Shown here piece by piece: positions 10,319-21,415 of a stretch of 64,000 bases of DNA. A model generated the notes under the pieces. It did no database searches. It was not told the DNA's origin and worked only from the letters and a program-made list of their open reading frames with translations. Numbering within the stretch: position 1 is the first letter of the stretch; each line of letters begins with the position of its first letter. Source of the DNA: Andalucia godoyi And28 (lineage: Eukaryota; Protista; Jakobida). Position numbers and translations under genes: made by a program. The DNA lies in assembly GCA_009859145.1 (NCBI GenBank), contig VRVR01000040.1, forward strand, positions 99,615 to 163,614, read 5' to 3'.

Positions 10319-12931
10319 CTAGCCGAGTGACACATGGTTCTTTCGAGTTGGCCCACGGCTCCAGTGACGCTCATCCTGTGCTAGAAAGTCCGATCGCACA
10401 AGCTTTGCACGGAAATTCAACCACTCATCAGAGTCGTCCATGAATCTCGTGTAGATGCCCTCTCGCAACTGACCACTCTTTGAAAACACGGATGGCTGTG
10501 ACAAGAGAGGAAGAAGCACGCTTTTCCAATCCTCCAAAGAACCGCGGTGATCGAGTAATACAGGAGTAAGAGCAATCGTGACTTCGTTCTGAGAAAACAA
10601 CTCCTCCAGAGCCCTTCTGGAAAAAAACTTCCCATGCAGTCGATCAAAAATATCGAATGCAACAAAGAGATCTGGCAGAGCATCATAATGCACCTTGTGG
10701 GTTGCGGCCATCCACTCTCCGTAAAGAACGTGGCGACCAGGCTCGAGAATACGGCACAGCTCTCCCTCATGTCGAGAAATCCACTTTTCCAACTCCCGGA
10801 ACTGAGGATGCGATTCGGAATTCACAAAATGGGAGCGATTCTGGCAAATGACCTTGTATTCCGCTGAAAGGGAAATGCCAAGATTGGCCCCGTCGATCTT
10901 TTCTTCGACAATTACACGACCCGTCACGTCGCCGAACATACGTTCTGGACTTTCCGACATGATGAGATCGTCGCGGGTGGCAGAACCGAGAGACAGGATG
11001 TGCGGTGTGCGCGGGAACTTGCTCAACGGCGCATCTGAACTGATTCCATCCTGCATAGGGGCCGCCCAGTCGACTCCGAACTGCTCAAAAAGAAAACTGG
11101 ACAACTCGCCGTCTGTTTGAACCGTGTGTATAGAGGCAAAAACCGATCCCTCGGAGACGCTCGGTCGCTCAAACTTTCGATTCAGCATCCGGATGACCGA
11201 TTCTGCGCGAGAAGAATCCAGAGTAGGATGCCCCATTCGACGGGACGCTCTCTCTATGCATACATTCAAGAGCGTATCCATGACTACAAGAATCTTTTCC
11301 CGAGAGCCACCCCATTCCGCAATTTGGGCTCTGTCCCGGACCGTTACATTGCAGCGATCGACAACAACCATTGTTTTCGAGTCGTGCACGACGGCCTGGA
11401 TTTCCGCCTGTGTGGAGCGGCCCTTTTCCAGGTCATCCTGGCAAATGACAGCCACATTTTCAAAATGGTTGGAAAGAATGGTCGATATCGTCGATTTTCC
11501 AGATCCAGGCAACCCACACAAAATAATAATTGGCTGCTTTCCTCGGAGAACCATCGCCTTCTTCTTCTTCTTTTTCATTTCTGAGCCTTGCGCATCCTCT
11601 TGGTCTGCTGTCGTTATCAACTGGTGCGCAGCTCGAGTGTACTGTCTAACCGCATTCTCTTGCACCGCAGTCTCAATACTACCAGGCCTCAGCCTCCGAA
11701 TGCCTTCGATAGCATCCTGAGAACTGAGAATGGGAGCATTCGGCGAAGTCAGAGCATCGCTCGCTGCAGAAAATCCAGTGTGCGAAAGCACTGCAGCCAG
11801 CAGAAGTCCCGTTCGCCCCTTGCCCCCTCCGCAGTGAACAACACACGGAGCAGTGGATGATAGTATCCAGCGAACGGAAGCCTGAAGAACCTGAGCAGCC
11901 GGGGCACCATAGTTCGCACACGGCACATGAAGGTACTCCATGGGCGGAATTCGCGTTTCTTGTGGCAAAGCATCCTCCATGATGGTCAGGACCCTTCGAA
12001 TTCCAAGAGTGTACAGTGCTTGCAAATCCGAGGACGATCGTGGCAAGGACATTCCTGCTAGGAACTGCGGAATCACCCAGCTGAAGAAACGCGGCAGCTC
12101 GTGAAAACTCAGCTGCTTGTGAAGCGGTAATTCAACAAGCACATCATCCCTGTTGCGAGACCCATCTTCATCACAGTTGTTCCCGACAAAGTAGGTGTTC
12201 CACTCTCTTTGCAGGAAACTGCGAATGCGATCGTCGAGACTTCGTCCGTGACGCTGGCTGTGAACAACTGCTTCTCTCAACAGTTCCGGTGATCGATGCC
12301 AAGATGTTTCCCATGTCAGGCAGTACTCCATCACGAGCTTGGCCGCATCGTGCCTGTCTTCCAAGTTCTCCGCATTCAGTACCGCAGTATTGGGGAAATG
12401 CAGCCATCGAGCCAAGGCTGCCCAATCTTTGGCCTTGAACGCGTTCTTGCACTCCGCATAGACATAGTCTATCGTTTGGTCTGCGGACATGGAGCCCGAA
12501 GAAAAGAAAGCGCGCAGAGCCCGTAGGTGATGCTTCTCCATATCCTGCACAACCAGCAGCGTGTTCCACCGTACCATCCACTTTCCAAGGTTGTACTTGT
12601 CATTCCCATGATAGTCCGATCCACGGAGCCCCAGAGTAATATGAAACAGCCGTTTATCATCCGGACTCATTACGACTACGTACACCACATCGTATGGAGC
12701 ATTTGAATACCGCGCCATCCCCAGATCCACAACCCTCGACGGCGCACGATTCAATGGACCCTGTTCGTCCGCATCCATTGGACCGATGGTCATGTGAAAA
12801 TCCTGCGTTCCATCTCGCATATAGCGGTCTTGGCGGTAGCTTTCCAGACAAAACCCCTCCCATTTATGACCTATCGCATCAATCTCAGGACCAACAGCAG
12901 TCCAAAACCCTCTTCGACCGATCACCTCCAT
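10319..12931 (-). CDS. Multidomain RNA repair protein: 2H phosphoesterase, Cys-dependent phosphatase, P-loop polynucleotide kinase, ATP-dependent RNA ligase
   Basis: Two HxT motifs (FHMTI, FHITL); HCGGGKGRTG (CX5R); GLPGSGKST plus VVVDRCN and RMGHPTL; ligase motifs KFPRTPH, EEKIDGAN, LYGEW, FVAFDI, EGIY, AKLV. Confidence 0.88.
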   Translation of the reverse strand: MEVIGRRGFWTAVGPEIDAIGHKWEGFCLESYRQDRYMRDGTQDFHMTIGPMDADEQGPLNRAPSRVVDLGMARYSNAPYDVVYVVVMSPDDKRLFHITLGLRGSDYHGNDKYNLGKWMVRWNTLLVVQDMEKHHLRALRAFFSSGSMSADQTIDYVYAECKNAFKAKDWAALARWLHFPNTAVLNAENLEDRHDAAKLVMEYCLTWETSWHRSPELLREAVVHSQRHGRSLDDRIRSFLQREWNTYFVGNNCDEDGSRNRDDVLVELPLHKQLSFHELPRFFSWVIPQFLAGMSLPRSSSDLQALYTLGIRRVLTIMEDALPQETRIPPMEYLHVPCANYGAPAAQVLQASVRWILSSTAPCVVHCGGGKGRTGLLLAAVLSHTGFSAASDALTSPNAPILSSQDAIEGIRRLRPGSIETAVQENAVRQYTRAAHQLITTADQEDAQGSEMKKKKKKAMVLRGKQPIIILCGLPGSGKSTISTILSNHFENVAVICQDDLEKGRSTQAEIQAVVHDSKTMVVVDRCNVTVRDRAQIAEWGGSREKILVVMDTLLNVCIERASRRMGHPTLDSSRAESVIRMLNRKFERPSVSEGSVFASIHTVQTDGELSSFLFEQFGVDWAAPMQDGISSDAPLSKFPRTPHILSLGSATRDDLIMSESPERMFGDVTGRVIVEEKIDGANLGISLSAEYKVICQNRSHFVNSESHPQFRELEKWISRHEGELCRILEPGRHVLYGEWMAATHKVHYDALPDLFVAFDIFDRLHGKFFSRRALEELFSQNEVTIALTPVLLDHRGSLEDWKSVLLPLLSQPSVFSKSGQLREGIYTRFMDDSDEWLNFRAKLVRSDFLAQDERHWSRGPTRKNHVSLG

Positions 12932-13491
12932 GCGTCAGAACAACGACGTACTGTACTCCTTCTTTTTTTCCCTCTCAAAAAACAACAACAACCAATCCTC
13001 TCTTCCTCTTCCGTTTATGCGCTGCACGTGTATGTGTATATCATCTCTATGTAAGGACGAATACGGATTGCAGTTGGCCATGTCCAAATGAACGCTTGCT
13101 CCTGCTCCGTTCATTAAACGACTCCGAAACAGAGCGTTGTTGAGTTGCTTGAATGAATGCGAGCTTTTTTTCCCGCCGGACCCCCGATACGGCAATAATC
13201 CCCGACGAAAAGCTGAGAGCAGCGCCGCTATCTAAAAAAAAGCCACCGTAAAAACAATTCAAAAGGCGCCGTATAAGCAGAAAAATCCGAACGTTAATCG
13301 TCCTCTGCAGTGAACCAGAATTTTTGGCGTTTCTTTGTGTCTCCAACTATTTCAGTTATCTGACGTTTGTTTATGATTATTGTTTTATCGTTTTTCGAGC
13401 GCAGTCCAAAATCGCCACGAGAAAGAAGATACTAACAGTAACAAAGAAGAAGAAGAAGAAGAAGAAGAAAAACACTAGGGGAGGGGGAAAA

Positions 13492-14439
13492 ATGAGGATT
13501 GATATGGAATATGTTGCGCGAGTTGAAAATGAGCTTCAGGAAAAGTTGGTGGAGTGCGTTTCTCAAGAAGCAGCCATCGAGTCTCTTGAAAAGCAAATTC
13601 GTGGGCTTGAATCGATGTTGGAGAATGAAAAGAAGGGATGTGTGTATGAAGTGAATGTTTCGGTGGCCGAGTCTGCATTGGCCATGTCTCGAGCAGAATT
13701 CTACAAGATGTCATCCGAGGCGATGATCTCTAAAGTCGCCAAAACGGCCGCTGCTCAGTCGGGTCTCCAGTCCAGCGTCTCTCGTCTTGAGGAAAGCGTC
13801 GAGTCGTTCAAATCGGAAAACGCTGCCCTGAAGGCCAAGTTCGATGCACTGAGCAGAGAATACAAGGCATACCGAACAGAGAGTGAAATGGCTCGCGGAA
13901 AGGACTCGGAGAAGATTAAGGCGTTGAAGAATGCACTCAAGATGCTGCGAGACCAGATCGTAGGTGGACAAGTTCAGATCGTCGGAGCCTCTGCCTCTGT
14001 CTCTGCCTCCTCTTCACAACAATCCAACTCCTCACAAGCGCTAACGTCGATGTCCTCAAACTCTCAATCCTCTCGAAATGTGCTTGTGGAGACCAAGAAG
14101 GAGCCGAAACAGATGGCTGTGAAACCTGAGCCCAAGGAAGTGAAGATGCGCGCAAAAAAGAGACCTGCTGAAGAGGTTGAGCAACATGACGCGGCACAGA
14201 GAGGAAATGGGAAGGAAAATGAGTTGAATGAAGACACAGATGCAGATGCGTACGTTGGAGGATTCAAGCTGAAAGAGGATGGCGAAGGCGATGATGAATA
14301 TGTGCCAAATAGCAGCAAGTCCTCGGCTGCGGGGCCAAAGAAGAAGAGGCTCATGACGACTCAGCAGGACATGCCATTCGCCTCACCGGCTGCGCCAACC
14401 GCAAAGAAGACCTTCACTGCACCAAGGCTTCGAGTGTAG
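13492..14439 (+). CDS. Coiled-coil protein with disordered basic C-terminus
   Basis: Heptad-rich N-terminal half, NLS-like PKKKRL, terminal KKTFTAPRLRV. No family recognised. Confidence 0.75.
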   Translation: MRIDMEYVARVENELQEKLVECVSQEAAIESLEKQIRGLESMLENEKKGCVYEVNVSVAESALAMSRAEFYKMSSEAMISKVAKTAAAQSGLQSSVSRLEESVESFKSENAALKAKFDALSREYKAYRTESEMARGKDSEKIKALKNALKMLRDQIVGGQVQIVGASASVSASSSQQSNSSQALTSMSSNSQSSRNVLVETKKEPKQMAVKPEPKEVKMRAKKRPAEEVEQHDAAQRGNGKENELNEDTDADAYVGGFKLKEDGEGDDEYVPNSSKSSAAGPKKKRLMTTQQDMPFASPAAPTAKKTFTAPRLRV

Positions 14440-14699
14440 TACAAGCGTCTCTCGCAAGACAAGGCAAGAAAAGTCTGCACTTGCAAAGACCACCCTTCAC
14501 TAACACGCTCCCAAAAAAGAAGAAGAAAACATGTTTCAAAGCCATTCGCGTGCTCATTTTTTTTTTTAAAAAAACGATCTTATTTATATTACTTGACAGA
14601 TCATCTATTGCAAGCAAGGTTTTATGATCCCACAACGCCCTTTCCCCCTCTTCCCTTCTTCCTTTCTTCTTTTTTAATCTCCTCTCTGATTTCTGACAA

Positions 14700-15282
14700 C
14701 TAATGTATTCCAATCAGCTCGGCATCCATGACGATGGTGGTGTCAGGAGGAATCAGACCAGGAAACCCAGCAGATCCATAGGCAAGTTGTGGCTGTGGAA
14801 GGCAGATGTACGCAGCTCAAGGGTTAGTCTGTGTTGCTTCAAAAAAGAATGACTGCCGCATTGCAGCGAGAACACATCAGCAACGACGACGAAGAAAAAG
14901 AAGAAGAAGACGATGATGATGCTGGCGATGAAGCTTGTAGAACATACGGGTATGGTGATCTTGGCACGTTCGCCAAGACAGATCTGCATGATTCCTTCTT
15001 CGAACCCTCGGACGACTTCGTTGACCTTGACTCTGAATTTCCATGGTCGATTGCGCCCTTTTGTCGAGTCGATTTTCGTCAAGTTTCCTCCTTCCACAAG
15101 AAATCTAACTCATCGGTGAACAAAAACGGAGACACGAGTGCGGATGCATTTGTAAGCACATGTCATGACGCAGAACGCTCAACCAAGAAGACATACAAGT
15201 CGTAATGAACGCTCACGGTCTGTCCGGCTTGTGGATACGTGCGCCCGTCTCCAGAGACTACGATTTCAATCCTGACAGACAT
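14700..15282 (-). CDS. FKBP12-type peptidyl-prolyl isomerase, three exons (15282-15197, 15104-14948, 14792-14700)
   Basis: Two GTATGT...AG introns. Spliced 111-aa product MSVRIEIVVSGDGRTYPQAGQTVSVHYDLFL...KIDSTKGRNRPWKF...VVRGFEEGIMQICLGERAKITIPPQLAYGSAGFPGLIPPDTTIVMDAELIGIH. Not found whole by the ORF track. Confidence 0.9.
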
Positions 15283-15394
15283 TGTATTTCTTTAATAACT
15301 GTTATTATTATATATGTTTTTGTATATATATTGTTTGTACGGAAGAAATCCGATTTCTCCCAGGAACCGGACAACCCAGATCGACTGCAAAAGT

Positions 15395-15432
15395 GAGAAG
15401 AAGAAGAAGAAGAAGAAGAAGAAGAAGAAGAA
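15395..15432. repeat. (GAA)n microsatellite
   Basis: Run of AGA/GAA units between the FKBP12 and eRF1 starts. Confidence 0.85.
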
Positions 15433-15843
15433 GGGAAAAAACCAGTTTGGACGAGCATAGAAAACCAGCATCGTCACGCATCGATAAAGCATCTCTTCGA
15501 ATTATTATTATATTATTACTATTTTTTTTGACAAAGAAAACGGCCGTAGCCGTTCCAATGGGAAATGGTCGTCTGTAAAAAAAACGAGCCGAGCTTGAGA
15601 TTTCGCGCAATCCTGATGATTCCTGAAAGAGCTGCCTTTGATGATCTCTCTGTCTCTGTCTCTGTCTCTTTATTTATTTAATATGTTTTTACGCTTTCCT
15701 TCTTCTCTGGGTTTTTTATTTCGGCCGGTTTTTTCTTCTTCTTCTTCCTTTTATTTTCTTCTTTTGCAGTTGCAATTGCAGATCACTTTCACCTCTTTAC
15801 CTTTTTTACTGTTGTGTATTGCGGTTGGCAAAAAAAAGGAGAA

Positions 15844-17169
15844 ATGGAGTCGGCTGACGATAAGAACGTTTCTCAATTCAAGATCAAGAAGCTGATCAAG
15901 TCGCTTGAAGCGGCTCGAGGAAATGGGACGTCGATGATCTCGCTTATTCTTCCTCCGAAGGATCAGATCTCTCGGGCAGCCAAGATGCTTGCAGATGAGT
16001 ATGGAACCGCATCAAACATTAAGAGTCGCGTGAATCGACAGTCTGTTCTGGATGCGATCACGTCGACACAGCAGCGCTTGAAGTTGTTTAATCGAGTTCC
16101 CGAGAACGGACTTGTGATTTACTGTGGGACGGTGCTGATGGACGATGGAAAGGAGCGGAAGGTTACGATTGATATTGAGCCATTCAAGCCGGTGAACACT
16201 TCTCTCTATCTGTGCGACAATCGGTTCCATACTGAGCCGCTGTCTGAGCTTTTGGAGTCCGACGACAAGTTTGGGTTCATCGTGATTGACGGTTCTGGTG
16301 CATTGTTCGGTACGCTCTCGGGAAATGCACGCGAAGTACTCCACAAGATGACGGTTGAATTGCCAAAGAAGCACGGGCGCGGTGGTCAGTCTGCGCTGCG
16401 CTTTGCTCGCTTGCGACTGGAAAAGAGACACAATTATCTGCGCAAGGTTGCAGAACTGTCGACGCAGTTCTTCATCACGCAGGATAAGCCCAATGTTGCG
16501 GGAATTGTGATTGCTGGTTCTGCGGACTTTAAGAATGAGCTTGGTCAATCGGAAATGTTTGACCAGCGTTTGATTCCCATCATTGTGAAATACGTGGATA
16601 TTGCGTATGGCGGCGAAGTTGGGTTCAACCAGGCGATTGAATTGTCGCAAGATGCGCTCCAGTCTGTCAAGTTTGTTCAGGAAAAGAAGCTTGTTGGAAA
16701 GTACTTTGAGGAAATCTCGCAGGACTCCGGCAAGTATGTGTTCGGCGTGGACGACACAATGCGGGCTCTTGAAATGGGATCTGTGGAAACATTGATCATT
16801 TGGGAGAATTTGGATATTCAAAGATTTGTGCTCCGAAACACGCAAACGAGCGCAGAAAAGATCTTGTTCTTGAGACCAGAGCAGGAGAGAGAAGAAAAGT
16901 ACTTCCGTGATGCGGAAACTGGGGTTGCCATGGAAACGATTGAGAAGACTGCGTTGACTGAGTGGATGGCGAACGAGTACAAAAAGTTTGGATGTACTCT
17001 CGAATTTGTGACGAACAAGAGTCAAGAAGGTGCGCAGTTTTGCAAGGGGTTCGGAGGAATCGGCGGAATTCTGCGATGGAAGATCGATTTTGGCGCAATG
17101 GAAGTCTTTGAGAATGCAGGCGTCGATCCAGATTATGACGCTGATTTCGACGACGATTTTGGTTTGTAA
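15844..17169 (+). CDS. ETF1: Eukaryotic peptide chain release factor 1
   Basis: [15 protein letters not shown] (YxCxxxF), GRGGQS and [10 protein letters not shown] motifs. Confidence 0.98.
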   Translation: MESADDKNVSQFKIKKLIKSLEAARGNGTSMISLILPPKDQISRAAKMLADEYGTASNIKSRVNRQSVLDAITSTQQRLKLFNRVPENGLVIYCGTVLMDDGKERKVTIDIEPFKPVNTSLYLCDNRFHTEPLSELLESDDKFGFIVIDGSGALFGTLSGNAREVLHKMTVELPKKHGRGGQSALRFARLRLEKRHNYLRKVAELSTQFFITQDKPNVAGIVIAGSADFKNELGQSEMFDQRLIPIIVKYVDIAYGGEVGFNQAIELSQDALQSVKFVQEKKLVGKYFEEISQDSGKYVFGVDDTMRALEMGSVETLIIWENLDIQRFVLRNTQTSAEKILFLRPEQEREEKYFRDAETGVAMETIEKTALTEWMANEYKKFGCTLEFVTNKSQEGAQFCKGFGGIGGILRWKIDFGAMEVFENAGVDPDYDADFDDDFGL

Positions 17170-17745
17170 TATCGGCTGAGATGTCGCGTTTGCAGCAAAA
17201 TAATCAGCAGAGTCACCAGAGAGTGGAGACCACTGGTTGTTCTTGGGAGTACAGACGCTATTCCTTCTTCCTTGCTTTCTTGCTTTCTTTCTTTTAATGC
17301 AACGCTGGCTGTCTCGATGCTTCGTTTTTCATCACACATACACTCTCGTTTCGCTTCACAAGTAGTAATTTAATTGGATACTCTCTTTTTCTTTTTTTCT
17401 CTCTCCCTTCATTCCCCCCTTCACTCCTTATTGTGCTTGTCATATTTCTTCCTTGCTTCTGATGTCTCGGGCTGCGTCGTCTTGTTCTCGCTATAAAGAA
17501 TATGGCGTTTGCGTGTACCTCTGTTTTCTGTGATTTCTTCTTCATTGTCTTCCGTCGCCCTTTCTGCATGTCGCTTTTGTGTTGAGTAATTTGTGTGTCT
17601 TTTGATGTTTTTCTGTTTGATATATTACTGTTTTTTTTTTGTTTTTTTTTGTTTTTGCTATTTCTTTTCTTCTTATTTTCGGGAAGCTAGAGGGATAAAA
17701 AGGGAACATACCTGCTTCGGAATACGTAATTACAGTGTACGAGTT

Positions 17746-18705
17746 TCACACGCGCCCCTTGTTCACGTCCAGAAAGACCGCATCCAGCTTCCCATCTTGA
17801 ACAAGCTTCACCAAGTGCGAGAAGAGTGATCGCTTTGCGTACGACCAAATACTCGGCGGCTTGTCTGCGTACAGTATGGGGACCATGTCATCCAGAGATT
17901 GCAGTCCAAGAACGTTGACACACTCAAGAACTTGGGTTTCACGTGCACATCGATGCGCTAGGAGGGCTTCGAGGACAGCCAGAACATCGGCAACGCCGAC
18001 AATCGGGCAACCGTGTGCCGGATAAAGTGATGCGAACGGTGGATCGTGTTCGATGAGCTTCTGAAGAGACTGCATGTACTGCACCATATCGCCGAACGGA
18101 GGAGGATTGACAATTGTAGTGGAGAAAGACATTACATGATCCCCGGCAAATAACGCATCTTCTTCAATGAACGCGTAGCACATGTGGTTCGAGATGTGTC
18201 CCGGTGTGTAGATACAGGAAAACGACATGGTATCGTCGACTTTGAGCACCTGTCCATCGGATACAGCAATATCAGGGGCGAACTTCATGTCGCCGTGATC
18301 ATCCATGGAGACGGAGGGAAGGTCTCCGAGAATATCCTCCGTCAGGACAGGATGCTGCCCATAGCCAACCGTCAGTGCCTCGGGATACTGATGCAGAAGA
18401 TCCGCTGCCAAAGTCGAGTGGTCCGAATGCGTGTGTGTAATGAGAATGTGGCTGAGCATTCTTCCCGAGTTGGAAATCGCATTGCAGATCGCGGTCAGGT
18501 GGAGCGGGGCATCCTCTGCGGCTGGACCAGGATCCACCACAACAATGTTCTTTTCAGAACGAATGAGGTACGTGTTTGTCCCGTGGAATGTGAACGGGGA
18601 TGGATTCGCCGCAGTGATGCGCGTGACACGTGTCGAAACCACAACCTCTACTTCATGCTGTGCAGGTTCCTGCGGCGGAAACGGGATCGACGGCAGCTGC
18701 ATCAT
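17746..18705 (-). CDS. Metallo-beta-lactamase-fold hydrolase (LACTB2-like or bacterial-type)
   Basis: NPSPFTFHGTNTYLI, HTHSDH, TPGHISNH, FAGDHV and PAHG motifs, plus a C-terminal winged-helix-like tail. Confidence 0.9.
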   Translation of the reverse strand: MMQLPSIPFPPQEPAQHEVEVVVSTRVTRITAANPSPFTFHGTNTYLIRSEKNIVVVDPGPAAEDAPLHLTAICNAISNSGRMLSHILITHTHSDHSTLAADLLHQYPEALTVGYGQHPVLTEDILGDLPSVSMDDHGDMKFAPDIAVSDGQVLKVDDTMSFSCIYTPGHISNHMCYAFIEEDALFAGDHVMSFSTTIVNPPPFGDMVQYMQSLQKLIEHDPPFASLYPAHGCPIVGVADVLAVLEALLAHRCARETQVLECVNVLGLQSLDDMVPILYADKPPSIWSYAKRSLFSHLVKLVQDGKLDAVFLDVNKGRV

Positions 18706-19177
18706 TTCCCCAGAAAAACAGACCCAAGTGTCGTGTTTGGAGGCAACCGCGATGCAACTTGCAAGTGCGTAATGCGAATCTGGACGTGATGGTGACTTTT
18801 GGATTGTTGTATCGGTGCAGCGACAGGGAGAAAAAACTCCTCCCCAAACCAAACCAAAAACAAAATGCAACCAAACTCGAAAACCAAAATCGTTCGTCCC
18901 CAACTTCAACTTGGAGATGTCAGACCAGACTGTTCGCCGTTTTTGTATATCAACGTTGAACATCAAACCAACATCATACCAGAAAGTTTTCTTGCCTAAC
19001 CCTATGGGCACTTTCTTGTCTTTCTGTTTGCTTATTCTTTTTTATGATCGAACCTTCAAGCAGCACCTTTCATCAGAGACAAGACACGTCGCAGGGCTTC
19101 AAAGCGGGAGCTTCCCAGCAAACTCAAACCAGCCATACCCGACCCTGTCGTCGAAGGGGGGCCGAGAGCAAGAAGAA

Positions 19178-19298
19178 GCGATGACCCTTTGATGCAGAGC
19201 AATCTGCATTGAAGAGTTGGTGCTTGCCCCCCAAACTGGATCTGCCGTCGGTGACAGCTTAGCCGATGATCAATAATGATTCATGCTTTGGCGAGCGG
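19178..19298 (+). ncRNA. Candidate structured ncRNA or small mobile element, copy B
   Basis: Paralog of 7616-7755. The first hairpin closes with a GCAA (GNRA) loop, and the GCTTGCC/GGCGAGC stem is kept via U-G. Confidence 0.55.
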
Positions 19299-19507
19299 AA
19301 AAGGGATCTTCATATTTGTATTCTTTTAATATCTACTAGCGTGAGCACGACAGGAAAATTCACAACAACGACAGCAACGACAAACATCATTAAAAAGAAA
19401 ACTGAATAGAAACCAAAACCGATCGTGCAAACCACCATGATGTATGTAAAAATGCGAAGGGAGGGGGAAAGCAAAGGAATCATGTGAATCTGTGAGAGCG
19501 GGAACGA

Positions 19508-19714
19508 CTACTCTTCATCCTTAGGAGCGATCTTAATGTCCTCAAAAAACTTGCCCTTGTTTCCAGACTGCCACATTGCGTTTACAGCCTTGTCGTAGAT
19601 TTGTTCTCCAACAAACGCTCCAGTGAGGCAGAATGCAATGTAAACAGGGTTCGACTGGAAAACAGCACGGTACACAGCCCCACCCAGCGCACTTCCGAAT
19701 AGCTGCTTGCTCAT
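19508..19714 (-). CDS. QCR9: Cytochrome b-c1 complex subunit 9
   Basis: 68 aa; VYRAVFQSNPVYIAFCLTGAFVGEQIYDKAVNAMWQSGNKGKFFEDI matches the QCR9/UQCR10 pattern. Confidence 0.85.
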   Translation of the reverse strand: MSKQLFGSALGGAVYRAVFQSNPVYIAFCLTGAFVGEQIYDKAVNAMWQSGNKGKFFEDIKIAPKDEE

Positions 19715-20233
19715 CCTAACTTGATAATTTAATTTCTTGATCAGAGCGTATGTTTCAATCCAAATAAACCAAACAAGCTCAAGCAAAGAAGGAACGGGTT
19801 TCGTTCAATACTGAGAAAAAGACAACAACAGGCCCATGACCTGTCAGTGCGGATGTCAGAGCCAGAAAGTGGTGGTGTCAGCGGTCAGCTCCCTGCTACT
19901 ACTGTCAGCTCAAATAACAAGCAAACAACAACCGCGTCTTTTATTTGATCAGCTATCCAAACCCAAAGTCCGAACTCCAAAGTCACCGCCATCCGTTCTG
20001 TTCTAACGACCCGCGAATCTTTTGGTTTCACTTCTCCAATAATAACTTTTCCCCCCTTCTCTTTATTTTTCCTTTTTGTTGTTGCTCTTCTTTTTGTTCA
20101 TCTTCATCTTCATCTTCATCTTCAGAACTAGGATTGGAGGATTGGGGAAATAGAAATTGGAGAACAAAGAAAGTAGTAGAGAGAAGAAAAGAAAGAAGAG
20201 AAACATAAACAATAGGCAGAAGAAAACGAGGAA

Positions 20234-20623
20234 ATGTCGAATGAGCGTGTGATTACCCGTGCAGAGATTGAGCAACACGAGTCGATTCAGTCTTGTTGGA
20301 TGGCGATTCATGGGAAGGTATATGACGTCACCAAGTTTCTAGATCTTCATCCTGGTGGTCCGGATGTGCTTATTCAGCAAGGCGGCGGAGACGCGACGAA
20401 TGGATTTGAAAATGTCGGACATTCCGAAGCGGCTCGGAAGCAGATGGAGGAGTACTACATTGGTGTATACGATGCTCCACAGAAGAAAAAGAAGAACAGC
20501 GGAGACGCAAGTGCATCTTCAAATTCTATTGCTACTCTTCTCAAGTACATTGTTCCCGCTGCCGCGGTCGCGTTTGCAGTGTATGTTAGATTCTTTGCAA
20601 AGCCTATTCCAAACATGGCTTGA
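20234..20623 (+). CDS. CYB5: Cytochrome b5, tail-anchored
   Basis: WMAIHGKVYDVTKFLDLHPGG, DATNGFENVGHS and a C-terminal hydrophobic anchor. Confidence 0.95.
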   Translation: MSNERVITRAEIEQHESIQSCWMAIHGKVYDVTKFLDLHPGGPDVLIQQGGGDATNGFENVGHSEAARKQMEEYYIGVYDAPQKKKKNSGDASASSNSIATLLKYIVPAAAVAFAVYVRFFAKPIPNMA

Positions 20624-21415
20624 ACTTTGAAGATGCTTCCATGCAGCAAGAAAAAGAGGAAGAAGAAGATTGCTCCTTTCGTCACCTGTTTGTGCCCTCA
20701 TTTTGGTTTTCATTCGGATCTTCGTTTGTTTGCATTTCATTTTTCTATCTCTCTCTCTCTCTCTCTCCCTCTCTTTTTTCCTTCACTTTTTTTAATTCAT
20801 ACATACATAGCAAAGTATTGCAGCTCTTTCATGTGATCTGCTCTACGCAATAAACTCTCTCTCTCTCTCTATCTGTCTGTCTGTCGCGCTCGCGCGCTCG
20901 CTTGCCTGCTTCTTTCTTTCTTTTCCTTTGCTCCACATATTCACAGAAAATGCGTGACGACGGAGATCCTGTTGCACTGATTGGATAGTGGTTTCCATCT
21001 GCTGTAAGAAATGTTTGATAACGACCTTTTTTCTTTTCCGTCTATAAAAATGTTCGCAAGTTTGTTCCGTTGTTGTTGGCATATTCATCATTCGAATATC
21101 ATCTGGTGCCGATAGATGATCTCGACAATCATAGCAAATTGAGTGTCTACTTGCCTAAATACCTTCCTAGCAATACAACAATATATCGTTGTGAATCTGT
21201 GGTGGTTGGGGTGCTCTTTCTCGGGATCATCAGCTTTTTTGTTTTGTTTTGTTTTGTTTTGTTTTGTTTTGGAAAGAGTAGGTTTATTGGGAAGATTTCG
21301 TTTTAGTCATTCCGTGCTTTAAACAGAGTTGTAATTTATTGCAGATATCTTCGTTTCTCTTTCCATTCATTTTGCAAAAGTTGAAGAAGAAGAAAAAGAT
21401 AAGAAGAAGCAGCAG

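Noticed and set aside
15844-17169. Possible stop-codon reassignment inferred from eRF1
   Set aside because: TASNIKS, YxCxxxF and GGQ are canonical, and TAA, TAG and TGA all terminate confident genes in this window.
20850-21240. Minus-strand fragment RNKLANIFID...SNISYSRW resembling a kinase catalytic loop
   Set aside because: No HRD or DFG, in-frame stops, and too short to separate from chance.
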